Source: a virus. From it: a DNA stretch of 64,000 nucleotides. Shown one piece after another: positions 20,601 through 29,603 of the stretch (positions are counted from its first letter, which is position 1; each line of letters opens with the position of its first letter). Under the pieces are notes generated by a model. The model was not told the origin of the DNA. It did not search any database and worked only from the letters and a program-made list of their open reading frames with translations. Made by a program: the position numbers and the translations under genes. The stretch is taken from the IMG/VR virus record IMGVR_UViG_3300014808_000001, positions 83,720 through 147,719 of that record. One strand, given 5' to 3'.

Positions 20601-21089
20601 GTAGAGAAAACTAATCTCAAACGTCTCAGTGTCTATGCCGGCACGTTCCTTATCATGCAAGCCGTATCCATGCTTCTTGCCGGATGGCGTGATGATGATG
20701 AAAACGAAGAAAGTTGGCTTACTCAATTTGGATCCTATGTCGGATTCAGAACCATAAACGAAATAGCTTCACAGATGCCATTTATTATGGAGCTTAATGT
20801 GGTAGATATCATTAACGACCCGTTTGTTATGGGACGGAAACTTAAGGATCTTACCGATCTTAGGAACTACTCACTTGATAAGGTGACGTCCGGTACATAC
20901 AAAGGAGAGTCTAAGTTATTTAGGCAACTCGCCAAACAGACGTTTATCAAACAATGGTATAATATCAAGACGCCGGAAGACGTAGCGCGCGCCTATAATT
21001 GGTGGCAGCAGACGAACAACAAGTCAATGATGTTCTTCATCGGCGCCACTCCTGATTCGGAAGGAGACGATGATGTTAGTTACAAATAG
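14667..21089 (+). CDS. giant phage protein (2140 aa), possibly a tail, tape-measure-like or internal virion protein
   Basis: 6.4-kb uninterrupted ORF; long charged coiled-coil-like central regions; hydrophobic segments near the C-terminus; all internal and antisense ORFs are shadows. Confidence 0.7.
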   Translation: MTSACIIKRDNKKKVVSVSTISGDRSMLFDKIASIPLMENRERATTVFKTVFSNKFLKAFGDWRKRVPINKPAYNKVKSNIDLIPEAYRERVLDKASKMSNPVLVSKSDATYGIQESGFGFYSQDLGDNIMLVDAMVPSSISVPEGPGIDAGQYLQDAISSDFTPVSMVQDKGVNYMVIKDGLKIFSPEELPQTDSNPVGVTYQTGEPRLFFMNDRSQLFEDYGEALRSGGNDIRIGFLSGTVQESAWDGVADITYKAGKYVLNNPKSFIPVMTASASTSLSTKGGIINYLIKKGLLSGSKIFDPETRSYYLTGEGHTGQIRLFNSALSYTELRNHFGSDVSMNDQGMITISSLDNSKVTMRLATGGTERVSREQIKNDLKSGRYNELDAKYDHFDALVVSFILEDNDLYADTKAKIVSDYSRQERDQRNSIVEILKTLGVSVIGMTDYIEKYQTKYGHEPSAKALADIANNVIAVGEDATLSDLVEETAHFLVEAYRDQNAVEDVLQDVEGTEEWNQYAGQYYNTYGKVYEGSELDNAVRREILGKILAREMQTGTAQAPVEPTSFLGRVRQLLSGIVSWLKSALSTQRQDLNNVIKNIRDLAITDIDKGFDTSLLKDNDFTLYSLSSMNKNKFLESKIRSLRKTLRDLRQISSDRAVTTSMTLAQLKTIEDKINKVETEIDKNEMAAAMNSMISTAEAQVRYLNNVVNTILHGDTKDGKLHFNTNDRKNVDIINNQVLPIMNDLRGYIRNRSTEFDEREKQDYTNRINTVIADINGIQSDIKSVQDLDESTLLDKLMNELHVPADKVKRVKEFFDKVQHDVSWISRWFGILEHSSSPFNNALGAMIAKDNYNAMVNAQPAISDFLAYAKKHGFNKSEFEKLLQKVDGKTSNYLRSALDMAKYDRNKKLAQMRAFATAMNIEISEEEINDVVDNNRNYVFKREVVDKDGNTVTENAKFKPSSDRVNTDIFTIEQEKIYTEQMEKWDAENSELEFSESYATRMESIYKKAEEELGHPVSQTTKEYLNALSRQKRILRQPFIDSGGNFDEASYFKSSNYEEEGLLRKQRKEAASEYIYVGTRRVEKTGDQLKMAKEIQAINEVWRKESNNATNAVSESFLQKLRTIQNESGGEAALKTLMLGGHLSFNDRFWNDVESEQSARTESNNKASYLKMAQDIISSTTSDRDATDVESIVKDIEKNKAIIKEIIGNNRDVADIGEINEATFTSSERDAFRAASEAIEADYAILIDYAKMVGLEDIDKYLTKSSKAENEVNQSYLNALADSKEVEWKFVQRHTTAKKAKRIQALRDKLFKAADNRYLFTVSETNYLSEKLGISKELDGRDFRNAVNAKMASLFLNNTREEGIEEANAIVNEFARSQVFSYYKRMAPTGYAAMIDKIGRGEIDVAQMVKDVQNGTSTQDYGMDISYLSFDPARAWVAESEAENSGRNPDYVKDHGYGHRMPKKSLYRDESYFNDFGIKYDADGNEVATKNVEQWNMIQKLKEIKRQSLDLYKEQSPNLYAIPQISKQDIERIEGLGISLKSTVRNFVSDLCLDRVDDSLYGKTRQGEVYDPEDRVRSIPKYYIYELENQDDVSHDFGYSYSMLMMQSSLYNEKQKSIELAQGLEQMLLNKQFEGGKKAEATQAYQMFRDFFNDHYYGIRMNTKKLTVNIGGYTVDLTRIMMAVERFMSVMNLALSPFVAATGALTGHINLIMESAVGQYISKDSLKYASAEFSRLAPSCIAETGDIDRKSKLYVIGERMGIFNIRNRMYGAGYNRVARTLMRSPMYAFMEILNYPLDPQVMIATMDNVRYYKGRFYTFQDFKMEKERNKEQSTIKREWNALKDRTLWSMVDVVDGKVVVKPGSGVTVEEVETQMAITRNQVRSLSQICNGSLNEENRTAASRNWIARFMTAHRGWLVLAAQRLWKRRGFNFQTMQEEEGLSITLKNMIAKTFSLASESGMKNIIDAWNENKDNMNEVEKTNLKRLSVYAGTFLIMQAVSMLLAGWRDDDENEESWLTQFGSYVGFRTINEIASQMPFIMELNVVDIINDPFVMGRKLKDLTDLRNYSLDKVTSGTYKGESKLFRQLAKQTFIKQWYNIKTPEDVARAYNWWQQTNNKSMMFFIGATPDSEGDDDVSYK

Positions 21090-21223
21090 ACGAAGAATAT
21101 CGGACTTGCATTGTTTTTGTATGATTCCAATATGTTATATTAGCATCGTCAAAGAGTAGATTGTACGTTTTTTGTTCTTACTTGAAAGATTATGTAGGTT
21201 TAATTTTTTCTGAAATTGTTTTC

Positions 21224-21268
21224 TTACCGGTTCTCAGTCAGAGATGATAGGGAACCGGTTTCTTTTAT
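21224..21268 (+). terminator. rho-independent terminator
   Basis: ACCGGTTC ...17 nt... GAACCGGT followed by TTCTTTTAT; overlaps the annotated ORF start at 21244, so the real start is probably the ATG at 21304. Confidence 0.5.
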
Positions 21269-21303
21269 GTTGTCAATTATTGCTATCTTGCAAACAAAAA
21301 ATC

Positions 21304-21921
21304 ATGAGACGAAGATTTCAAATAGGGATGGGGGTAAATCCCTCGCTTATAATCAATAAAGGCATATATATCCAACATGTAGACGGAGGATTATATACGA
21401 AAGAAAATTGGTCTAATAAAGGATATTCCAATGATCTATGCAATGGAATAGCTCTTGTAGATAAAGTGTGTTTTGTTATAGCCACCGAATATATTGGCAC
21501 ATTTCGTTGGGGTAAGGATGGAGAAATAGACAATATATTTGCACAAGATAGTTCTCATATGGGAACTATTAAAAAGGATTATTGGGGGCGTGAAAATCAG
21601 AATGCGTATCTTGAATATGATACCAGTAATACAGATTACGCTTTTAATAAAGCTAATAGCTATTTATTTAAAAATGGTCAAAATGGATATGTAGGTGGAG
21701 CCGGAGAGTTTTTTTTGATATCATTGTATGCGAATGAAATAAACGAATGCCTTTTAATGGTAGGAGGTACGATAATGAGTAATAGAATGTGGACATCCAC
21801 TCGAAATACAAAATTTAGCTATTCGTGGTATTATGATATAAACATCCAAGGAGATCATTTGGATACAGGTTCAAGGGGTAGTTCACATTATGTCCGTCCT
21901 TTTACTGAATTAATTTTATGA
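21304..21921 (+). CDS. hypothetical protein (about 205 aa; start moved to MRRRFQ)
   Basis: ORF 21244-21921 trimmed to internal ATG after the terminator hairpin. Confidence 0.45.
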   Translation: MRRRFQIGMGVNPSLIINKGIYIQHVDGGLYTKENWSNKGYSNDLCNGIALVDKVCFVIATEYIGTFRWGKDGEIDNIFAQDSSHMGTIKKDYWGRENQNAYLEYDTSNTDYAFNKANSYLFKNGQNGYVGGAGEFFLISLYANEINECLLMVGGTIMSNRMWTSTRNTKFSYSWYYDINIQGDHLDTGSRGSSHYVRPFTELIL

Positions 21922-21981
21922 AATTATGAGAAGAAGATTTGAAAATAATGCTAAACTATATGAGTATAAGATAGTTAGCGA

Positions 21982-22662
21982 TTGTATAGGGGGGGGGTAA
22001 TCGTAGAAGGAAAGAAAGTAGGCACCATTCCACAGGGTGGGCAATTTATCTTTCTGTCTAAAAAAGAACGGCTGGATTCCATAAGTGTCCAAGGCGGTGT
22101 TCCAATGGAAGATAGGCAAGAGATCGATAGTCAGGTTGATACGACAGAGGAATTGCTTGAACAGGATTCGGTGGTTCTTGCTATTGCTTTAACAACCTCT
22201 CCTTATTATGGATTTAGAGTAAGTGTGATAGTACCTGATGAGTTTACGCTAAGAACAACCAATAGGATTAATAGAACCTTTTTAATAACAAGCTTTACTC
22301 CACCTGCTGCTATATACGGTGTAAACTTTGGTGATCCTATTGTCCTTAATTATGATAGTTACCAATATGAGATGCCAGATCTTGTAATTGATGGACCTCA
22401 TGATAGAATAGTTAGGGCAGATCCTAATCTTACTTGGGTTGTAAGATGTACAGATGCCGACTTTACACCTTTGCCATATCCAGAATCATGGTCTGGCCAA
22501 GGTTTAAATTCTATGTTCTTACCAGAAATGAAACGTCCTGCTCCTGGTGATCATCATGTATCATATACAACTTATATTAATTTGGACTTGATAGATGATG
22601 GCGGAAGTAAAGTTCATACTGAATACCTGATATTAAAAAAAACACTTAATTTTACGATATGA
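21982..22662 (+). CDS. hypothetical protein (226 aa), last plus-strand gene
   Basis: ORF; ends at the convergent junction. Confidence 0.45.
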   Translation: MYRGGVIVEGKKVGTIPQGGQFIFLSKKERLDSISVQGGVPMEDRQEIDSQVDTTEELLEQDSVVLAIALTTSPYYGFRVSVIVPDEFTLRTTNRINRTFLITSFTPPAAIYGVNFGDPIVLNYDSYQYEMPDLVIDGPHDRIVRADPNLTWVVRCTDADFTPLPYPESWSGQGLNSMFLPEMKRPAPGDHHVSYTTYINLDLIDDGGSKVHTEYLILKKTLNFTI

Positions 22663-22707
22663 CAACAATCCCCAACCGTACACCTATTGTATGGCTGGGG
22701 ATTGTTG
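22663..22707. terminator. bidirectional terminator at the convergent junction
   Basis: Perfect 12-bp inverted repeat CAACAATCCCCA / TGGGGATTGTTG with 21-nt loop between the last plus gene and first minus gene. Confidence 0.5.
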
Positions 22708-22751
22708 TAGTTACCATCTTTTCTTGTATAAGCAGAACATGAAATAAATTT

Positions 22752-23240
22752 CTAAGCATTAACTTCATGACCTATTCTATCTGTGAAAACTAAACCAACA
22801 CCTTCTATAACGTATCCTACTACAGGAGCTTTGTCAAATTCCTCCTTCGTAGCCCAAGTGGCATTATCAGGCATCAGATCCTTGAATGCGTCCGAAACAT
22901 CACCTTGACACCAGCAGTTATTTGATGTAACAATGCCTTTCCCTTCGATATTGATATACATTTTTCTTCCACCACATCCAAGGCAGTTCCATCCGTTTGG
23001 TACGTTTTTCACCATAGGCTTAAGCACCCAGCTTTCACCGTCTATCCTAACCCATCCAGGATCGTCTTTGTGCTTGTCGTACATATTTTGCCAAAAAGAG
23101 CATTCGTAGCACCATCCCTTGTCTTCCATGATAGTTCTTATCTCACACCTTTCAAATCCATCTGCATCCATCGTGTGCGGAGAATGAGGCTGGTGAGGGG
23201 TACCACATTTTGGACATACGAGTTTTAAATTCTTTTCCAT
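22752..23240 (-). CDS. hypothetical Cys-rich zinc-ribbon protein (162 aa)
   Basis: CPKCG ... CYEC ... CLGCG ... CWC. Confidence 0.45.
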   Translation of the reverse strand: MEKNLKLVCPKCGTPHQPHSPHTMDADGFERCEIRTIMEDKGWCYECSFWQNMYDKHKDDPGWVRIDGESWVLKPMVKNVPNGWNCLGCGGRKMYINIEGKGIVTSNNCWCQGDVSDAFKDLMPDNATWATKEEFDKAPVVGYVIEGVGLVFTDRIGHEVNA

Positions 23241-23667
23241 ATTATTTCACTTTTATGATCTTAATAGAATCTCCTATATTGTATTCCCCTTGGTGTCCAA
23301 CGAATTTTATTAACCTATTATCAAATATTGAAATTCTTTCGTCTTCACCATAATACATTATACATCCACCATCTAAAGGACGTAGATCATATATAACCCA
23401 TCCGTCATTAACATGATTAACACGCGAACATGATGATAACACAAGTGTCATCAATAAAATAAAATACCTCATATTATTTTCAACATAAAAATTTGTAACC
23501 TGGTTTTACTGCCTCTGCTTCTTCTTTTGTATCAAACATTAAGGTAGTGACAGCTCCTATGCCTTCACAAACGTAAGATACTTTTACCCACCACCTAAAA
23601 ATTCCCGATCCGTAATCATCATAATACGGCTCGGAAAGGACCTCTTCTACGTACCCATCTAAGTAAT

Positions 23668-24390
23668 TCATGATCGCTCCTCCTTATTTTCAGATTCTGC
23701 CTCTTCGAGTATGCTGATCACCTTATCAACAATATCCGAATCAGACATTTTCTCAATAAAAACATCCATTGCCTTAGTTATGTCATTGGCTTCTTTTTCT
23801 TCAAGAGCTATTTCACCACCGGTAATAGCATCAAATAATGATGTAGATAAGTGTCTTATCTTATCAATGCTCATAAACGTAAATGGATTACCACCCCAGC
23901 CTCCACCCATTTCTTTCATAATCTGATATCCACCTGAAATAAGTCTGCCTGATGTCGTGGCCAAGGAGGATACGATTAGGGACAGTACCGCCGCTTCCGT
24001 CCGCTCCTCGGACACACCCTTCGACCACACGGCTGCCCTTATAGCGCCGGCCAGATCGTCTATGTATGGCATGAGGCAATCTTCCATCGCTTGTGTTATA
24101 TCAGCTATAACCTCACTACGCTCTTTATTTATGTAGTAGATGGAAGCATTGTACCTCTTTATCTCCTTATCCATATCATTCAAGAATCGTTTGACATTAT
24201 GTTTGTACATAGGACCACCCTTAATCACTTCCTTCAGCTTAAGAATGTAATTATAAGCCTGGTCGTTTACGAACAACGTCATGGTCTCAACCGTTGAATG
24301 AAGCGTGTTGAGACTGTTAAGAATCTTATCGAAATTGTTTATCAAATAAGCTTTTCTGGCTTTTGCCGCGTAATTAATTATCATATTCAA
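23668..24390 (-). CDS. hypothetical protein (240 aa)
   Basis: ORF in minus-strand block; antisense plus-strand ORFs are shadows. Confidence 0.45.
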   Translation of the reverse strand: MNMIINYAAKARKAYLINNFDKILNSLNTLHSTVETMTLFVNDQAYNYILKLKEVIKGGPMYKHNVKRFLNDMDKEIKRYNASIYYINKERSEVIADITQAMEDCLMPYIDDLAGAIRAAVWSKGVSEERTEAAVLSLIVSSLATTSGRLISGGYQIMKEMGGGWGGNPFTFMSIDKIRHLSTSLFDAITGGEIALEEKEANDITKAMDVFIEKMSDSDIVDKVISILEEAESENKEERS

Positions 24391-24904
24391 ATTTTAGATT
24401 TTCAAGTTCATTCAATTTTTTCTTAATAGATTCGATCAGGTGCGCTCTCCGTTCCTCTGCATGTTTTAAAGCTTCTTCTTTGCTCTCAAAAGCATCCATT
24501 CCTATTTCATAAGGAGTGAGCCTATCAGGGATGTCGGCTAACAAAAGACCACCATACTCTTCTATTTTAGCTTTTACTTTTCTTATTATACCGTCTCTCA
24601 GGCACGCATCCGTAACCCATATAAATCTATCATATTCTTCTAATTCCCTTTCGTACAATTCATACCATTCCGGCTTAGGAAATCTTAATGTGAATCTAAT
24701 TTCGGTATCTTTCTCTAAGACATTAATATCATACGCCTCCGGCCACAGTTCTTTTATGCTGTCTTCATCTTCAGCATACGCCACCAATACAAATGAATTA
24801 CCGGATTCTGCACTACACCAATATGGATATTTTATAGGCCATTTAACTGGACGGTAGTCGTTATCGCAGTCGGATTTTTTAATGTAAAATCTTGCTCTAA
24901 TCAT
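24374..24904 (-). CDS. hypothetical protein (176 aa)
   Basis: ORF overlapping neighbour by 17 nt. Confidence 0.45.
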   Translation of the reverse strand: MIRARFYIKKSDCDNDYRPVKWPIKYPYWCSAESGNSFVLVAYAEDEDSIKELWPEAYDINVLEKDTEIRFTLRFPKPEWYELYERELEEYDRFIWVTDACLRDGIIRKVKAKIEEYGGLLLADIPDRLTPYEIGMDAFESKEEALKHAEERRAHLIESIKKKLNELENLKFEYDN

Positions 24905-24911
24905 ATCGTTA

Positions 24912-25223
24912 TTAATCTAATAATTTTTCAATTTTAATTAATTTTGATGATAGATACATATTCCATTTCCCTCTGCCTCTGTCACCTTTTTCGTTTTGTT
25001 TTTGGATTGTCAAGTACAGATCTCCGTCTTCACATACTTCAACTTTTTTCAAGAAGCCTATCATTTCATCTCCTGTTTCGTGTAAAATACGGATCTTATC
25101 TCCTTCTTTTAACCCATAATTGGAATCAAAGTATTCTTTTTTAATTCTATCAATATTGTCTTTATGGTTTTTTATAGCATAAAGCTCTTTTCTTAATAAA
25201 TAATTTAGTTGTTCTATTGTCAT
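24912..25223 (-). CDS. hypothetical protein (103 aa)
   Basis: ORF. Confidence 0.4.
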   Translation of the reverse strand: MTIEQLNYLLRKELYAIKNHKDNIDRIKKEYFDSNYGLKEGDKIRILHETGDEMIGFLKKVEVCEDGDLYLTIQKQNEKGDRGRGKWNMYLSSKLIKIEKLLD

Positions 25224-25777
25224 TTCTTTTCCTCCTTGTTTAATGGTATCAACCCTTTTCCATGCTTGTCATACCACAGCATAGCTATACAATTCCATGC
25301 ACATTGTGCAAGATGAAAAGCTCCTGTATCTGAGTCTATTCTTTCCCCTTTCATGTATTCCATTAGGTGTCTGGCAGCCGCAGCACGATACCGTTCAAAC
25401 CCGTTGTCAAGGTTCTGCCATTTATTGGGTCCGTACTTCTTTGCACCAGCATGATAGACTCTTACAATATCCTCAATCTCTTCCATTGGAAGCAAATCCC
25501 ATCGTAGTTTATCGTCAATGATGTCATTTTTCACCGATTTGTTTTCTATGGGGTCTTTGGTAAGAATAATATCCATAATATCCGTTTCTATGACGAACGT
25601 CTCCCCATTGCAACAAACCTCAGCATATTTATCATTTACTTCTATGTCTGATACTGCCTCCGCTATAGCTCCTTTGACGATTTTAAATTCGGCACTGATT
25701 ATATCATCTTTTAATATGCGAAAAATAGATCCTTTTGGATAAAGGATATTTTTAGTATTATCATCCATCTTTTCCAT
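25220..25777 (-). CDS. protein with dATP/dGTP diphosphohydrolase N-terminal-like domain (DUF5664-like)
   Basis: C-terminal RWDLLPMEEIEDIVRVYHAGAKKYGPNKWQN ... RYRAAAARHLMEY ... DSDTGAFHLAQCAWNCIAMLW resembles the phage-common DUF5664 domain. Confidence 0.45.
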   Translation of the reverse strand: MEKMDDNTKNILYPKGSIFRILKDDIISAEFKIVKGAIAEAVSDIEVNDKYAEVCCNGETFVIETDIMDIILTKDPIENKSVKNDIIDDKLRWDLLPMEEIEDIVRVYHAGAKKYGPNKWQNLDNGFERYRAAAARHLMEYMKGERIDSDTGAFHLAQCAWNCIAMLWYDKHGKGLIPLNKEEKK

Positions 25778-25829
25778 TGCTTTATCGTTGTTTTACCTCA
25801 TTTCGATAGTAATATAATCCATCTTCGTC

Positions 25830-26117
25830 TTATACCCTATCATTTCTGTTTTTCTCAAAATACTGTCTTACGGCTTCAATCGCCTTATCGTCATCAAAAG
25901 CCTCTACAAACCCCTCATAGAATCTATTTCGCTCCATAGAGAACGTATTGCTTCCATCCGGAATGGTTCTGAACACAACTACCTTCTCTCCATCTACGTT
26001 CGTTCCTATGATGTTGTTATGGATAATAATAGAATACCGCCCAGAGTTTTTGTTCTGGACGACACTATGTTCGAGATTGTAGAGTCTAAGTAGTTCTCTT
26101 ATTTCTTTTACTCCCAT
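25830..26117 (-). CDS. hypothetical protein (95 aa)
   Basis: ORF. Confidence 0.35.
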   Translation of the reverse strand: MGVKEIRELLRLYNLEHSVVQNKNSGRYSIIIHNNIIGTNVDGEKVVVFRTIPDGSNTFSMERNRFYEGFVEAFDDDKAIEAVRQYFEKNRNDRV

Positions 26118-26118
26118 A

Positions 26119-26886
26119 TTATTTTACGTTTTTAGAAGTTACAGCCTCTTCTCCCCATTTCTTTACATATATAGATCTCATCATGTTCATTAAATTAGAG
26201 AAAGAAGAGATGGTTCCCATCTCTATGCAGAATGCAAGATTAGACTGTAGGGTTTCAAGTTCTTTCAACTGCTCCTGTGTAGCCCTATTTCTTATCATGC
26301 TTTCATGCTCATTAAATACAATCCAATTTAAGCCTTTAGCCATCTTGGAGTAATCGGCATCCGGAAATCTTGATATAGCTCTTGACAAGACATTGTATTT
26401 ATCACCTGCCTCTATTCGGTTTAAGATAAGCTTATCTGTTAACCACGTAACAACCTCAGCATACAACATAGGGTTTAGTTCCATAGCTACAAGCACCCAT
26501 ATATATGGATTACACATAGTTCTCCTATTCTCTCCTCTACCCATTGTCTTATAAGCTCCCATTTTTTTCATCACTTTTATAAGTGACTCTTTTTCAACAG
26601 ATTGTATAAAACCAGGAAATCCTGATTCTATCTTATATCCTTGTTTTTCAAGGATATAGTAAACACGTTCCGCACTCTCCTTATTAGATAGGATATTCTC
26701 TATTCTCTTTTCATTCCACCCCATCTCAACCCTCTTCTTCGTATAGGCTTCCTGAAGGTCTGTTAAGGACATAAACGAAGTTTTAGTGTCCTGCTTAATT
26801 ATTACGCCAAATAATTCTCGGTCTTTTGATACCATTGTAACATTTGTTTTCATAAAATATAACACATAAAAAATAATACGATACAA
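26119..26886 (-). CDS. KilA-N domain DNA-binding protein
   Basis: GAYKTMGRGENRRTMCNPYIWVLVAMELNPMLYAEVVTWL matches KilA-N core (RG..GTW.HP.LA..FA.WLSP). Confidence 0.6.
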   Translation of the reverse strand: MYRIIFYVLYFMKTNVTMVSKDRELFGVIIKQDTKTSFMSLTDLQEAYTKKRVEMGWNEKRIENILSNKESAERVYYILEKQGYKIESGFPGFIQSVEKESLIKVMKKMGAYKTMGRGENRRTMCNPYIWVLVAMELNPMLYAEVVTWLTDKLILNRIEAGDKYNVLSRAISRFPDADYSKMAKGLNWIVFNEHESMIRNRATQEQLKELETLQSNLAFCIEMGTISSFSNLMNMMRSIYVKKWGEEAVTSKNVK

Positions 26887-26950
26887 AAATATGTATCGTA
26901 TTATATCTATACAAATATATTGTGTTAAATTTTATGATTATATTTTTACG

Positions 26951-27313
26951 TTATGCGCCTATGGCTGCCTCTAAATTCCCTATAATACCAGTTTCTATGT
27001 CATTGATTTTATCATCAATGGTTGAAACCGCATTCTCTAAATCCCCTACAATACTTTCTATATCATCAACAACCGCCTCCATATTAGCTACAGCCTCATC
27101 TGATTGATAATATCTTTCTGTATCTTGTAACGACTCCGGCATATTATCTCTTGCTTCCGTCTCTTCGTCTAAAATCATATCAACATCATCCTTGGCTGAA
27201 TCCAGATTATGCCTAACCTCTGACAGCTTTGATTTGATAAACTCAAGATCTGTTTTATGCTTTTCCAAATTGGAAATAATATCCTCTATTTTCTTACGTC
27301 TTTTGCTGTTCAT
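26951..27313 (-). CDS. hypothetical acidic coiled-coil protein (120 aa)
   Basis: ORF; stop overlaps start of the helicase gene. Confidence 0.4.
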   Translation of the reverse strand: MNSKRRKKIEDIISNLEKHKTDLEFIKSKLSEVRHNLDSAKDDVDMILDEETEARDNMPESLQDTERYYQSDEAVANMEAVVDDIESIVGDLENAVSTIDDKINDIETGIIGNLEAAIGA

Positions 27314-28731
27314 GCTTTTATTCTATTATAATATTCGATAATCTTTTCTTTCCTGTCTCCTGGTTTTACTGCCATATTCTCAGCCAAGAACCTAAAATAC
27401 GACACTGGTATGTCCTTGAATCTAATTCCTTCATATTTTCCAAACCACATTATTATGCTGTCAAGATCGTCTTCTCTCCTACCATCTCCATTCACAGATT
27501 TAAGCGAGGCTGCCCGACGAAGGATCTCGTCTTTGGTAATAATATCACCCATCCTTATATTAGACAGAAGTTGATCGCCGGCAAACATACACCAGCCCTT
27601 AGAAGGGAATTGCTCGATTGTCAGGTCTTCTATCCGACCAAAGCGTCTCATGTTGTCGCAGCAATCAACTATCAGCGCCTCTTTCTTGTCAGGATGGATG
27701 CGGACGGCGCGGCCTAATATTTGGTAATAAGTTGAATATGAGAAAGTTGGTCGACCAAACATCACACAATCAAGTTCAGGAAAATCAAATCCGGTAGCAA
27801 GCGTTGAATAATTAAAAACCACTTTCAACTTACCTTCTTTGAAATCTGATATAATTTGCTCTCTTTTCTTTTTGGTTGTTAGCGATGTTACGACACCGGT
27901 TATGGCTCCCATCCTGGCATTCATGAACTCTGATATTCTATTACATGATTCGATAGAATCCATGCAAACCAAAATGGCTTTACGCTCGTTCATAAGTTGA
28001 AGAAGGCGCTTGTAGATAGAGTTGTTTAAGCCGTTTCGTACAATACTTTCTTTAATAGATTCGTTGGTGTATTCGGCTCCGGTACTGTTTAACATCAGAG
28101 CCGATTCATCAAACGACCATCGTTCGTACTTAAGTGGACACCAAAACCCTTGAGAAGTTAGTTCTTGTATTTGAGTCACATGAACTATTTTCTTGAAGAA
28201 GTTATGCTCGTCTTTCGTCAGCATATTGAGCTTGCTATAGTTCCCTTCCAGCATGGAACTGTAGGTTCGGAGGCGGCAGGGAGTGGCGGTGAAGCCCAGT
28301 ACCTTCGCCTCTGGGAACCTGTTCATAAACTCCATAAATTCAGAACCTTCTTCAGGAGAATATCCTGAATGACATTCGTCTATCAATAAGGTATCTATCC
28401 CTATATCCTTCAACCTCGCTACATCTTTCTTTATGCTCTTTAATGTTGCATAAGTCATAGCCGACAGCTCCTTTATACCACATGAAGCAGAATATATAGT
28501 AGGTTTAGAACCGAATGATACGGCCTTTGCATAATTCTGCTCCAGAATCTCTTTTGAGGGCTGTAATACTAATGTCGGTCTATTTATTTCATGTGCTATC
28601 TTGGATATCAGAAGGCTCTTTCCACATCCGCATGGGGCTACGATTATGCCAGGCTTCTTAGATCTTCCTGTAAGAAACTTAAGCCCGGCATCTACTGCTT
28701 CTTTTTGGTAAGGTCTAAGTTCAAAGCCCAT
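27310..28731 (-). CDS. superfamily 2 DEAD/DEAH-box DNA/RNA helicase
   Basis: Motif I APCGCGKS, motif II LIDECH, motif VI QILGRAVR. Confidence 0.8.
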   Translation of the reverse strand: MGFELRPYQKEAVDAGLKFLTGRSKKPGIIVAPCGCGKSLLISKIAHEINRPTLVLQPSKEILEQNYAKAVSFGSKPTIYSASCGIKELSAMTYATLKSIKKDVARLKDIGIDTLLIDECHSGYSPEEGSEFMEFMNRFPEAKVLGFTATPCRLRTYSSMLEGNYSKLNMLTKDEHNFFKKIVHVTQIQELTSQGFWCPLKYERWSFDESALMLNSTGAEYTNESIKESIVRNGLNNSIYKRLLQLMNERKAILVCMDSIESCNRISEFMNARMGAITGVVTSLTTKKKREQIISDFKEGKLKVVFNYSTLATGFDFPELDCVMFGRPTFSYSTYYQILGRAVRIHPDKKEALIVDCCDNMRRFGRIEDLTIEQFPSKGWCMFAGDQLLSNIRMGDIITKDEILRRAASLKSVNGDGRREDDLDSIIMWFGKYEGIRFKDIPVSYFRFLAENMAVKPGDRKEKIIEYYNRIKA

Positions 28732-29107
28732 CGCAATCTATTATATTATTTTTTGAAAGTTCTATTATCGCCTCTTTCAACATCTTCCTTGCTTTATTCT
28801 CATTATCTTCAAACAGGCATACACTGCATGTAGCACCTTTGGAGGGGTAGTCTCTGTAGGCTTCTGCTCTTTCTACAACGTACTCACAACAATAGTCGTG
28901 ACTCATGTCTTTTGCTATACTTATAAAATGATCTTCTCCATCCATCAACACGCAATATTCAGCATCGTTTTCGCATGCAATAACACCTTTGTTTTTTAAA
29001 ATGGATAGCACTTTATTTCCAAAAAGTCCAATATAGACCCATATATCTTTCCCTGCATTTTTGTAAAAAATATCCATTCCTTCTTTGATTGTGACTTTCT
29101 TTTCCAT
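28721..29107 (-). CDS. hypothetical protein (128 aa)
   Basis: ORF. Confidence 0.4.
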   Translation of the reverse strand: MEKKVTIKEGMDIFYKNAGKDIWVYIGLFGNKVLSILKNKGVIACENDAEYCVLMDGEDHFISIAKDMSHDYCCEYVVERAEAYRDYPSKGATCSVCLFEDNENKARKMLKEAIIELSKNNIIDCDGL

Positions 29108-29113
29108 AATCCC

Positions 29114-29437
29114 TTATTTTATATCAGTAATTAAAACATATATTTTAGCAATATCTTCAAGACTCACAGAAGAACGTATATATAGTTTTTCTTCGTACTC
29201 ATATAGAGCGTACCCTTCTTTTATGTCTAATATCTTAATCACATGCTTGCCTCTTTCAAATGGATCCTCAAAGTAGTTCTTATGTTCGTATCTTTGACCG
29301 ACTTTTATTTTGTCAGTTTTCTTCTTCATCTTATAACGATCTACTGCTCTACCTGTTTTTATGAAAGCTGTCGTGAGTAAGTATAATAAAACTAAATACA
29401 AAAGGATCGCTACTCCACATATTAGATCTTCTTTCAT
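29114..29437 (-). CDS. hypothetical membrane protein (107 aa)
   Basis: N-terminal TM helix AILLYLVLLYLLTTAFI. Confidence 0.4.
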   Translation of the reverse strand: MKEDLICGVAILLYLVLLYLLTTAFIKTGRAVDRYKMKKKTDKIKVGQRYEHKNYFEDPFERGKHVIKILDIKEGYALYEYEEKLYIRSSVSLEDIAKIYVLITDIK

Positions 29438-29603
29438 TGGACTCCCTTTAAGTAGTTAAACCATATATCCTCCAGCTTCTCCTGAAGCTCAAATGCTTTC
29501 TTAAAATTCCCGCATCTTACAGCAACGTCTCTCATGTATGTCAAGTTTATAACTTCCGGATCTTGCCGGTATTTCGTTCTTAACTTTTGAACATCCTCGT
29601 ATT

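Noticed and set aside
16235-20726. Many 60-115 aa ORFs inside or antisense to the 2140-aa gene
   Set aside because: Fully nested within one long continuous ORF; judged to be shadow frames.
14667-21089. Virion RNA polymerase (crAss-like) assignment for the giant protein
   Set aside because: No DFDGD-type catalytic motif was seen by eye, so it is left as generic giant virion or tail protein.
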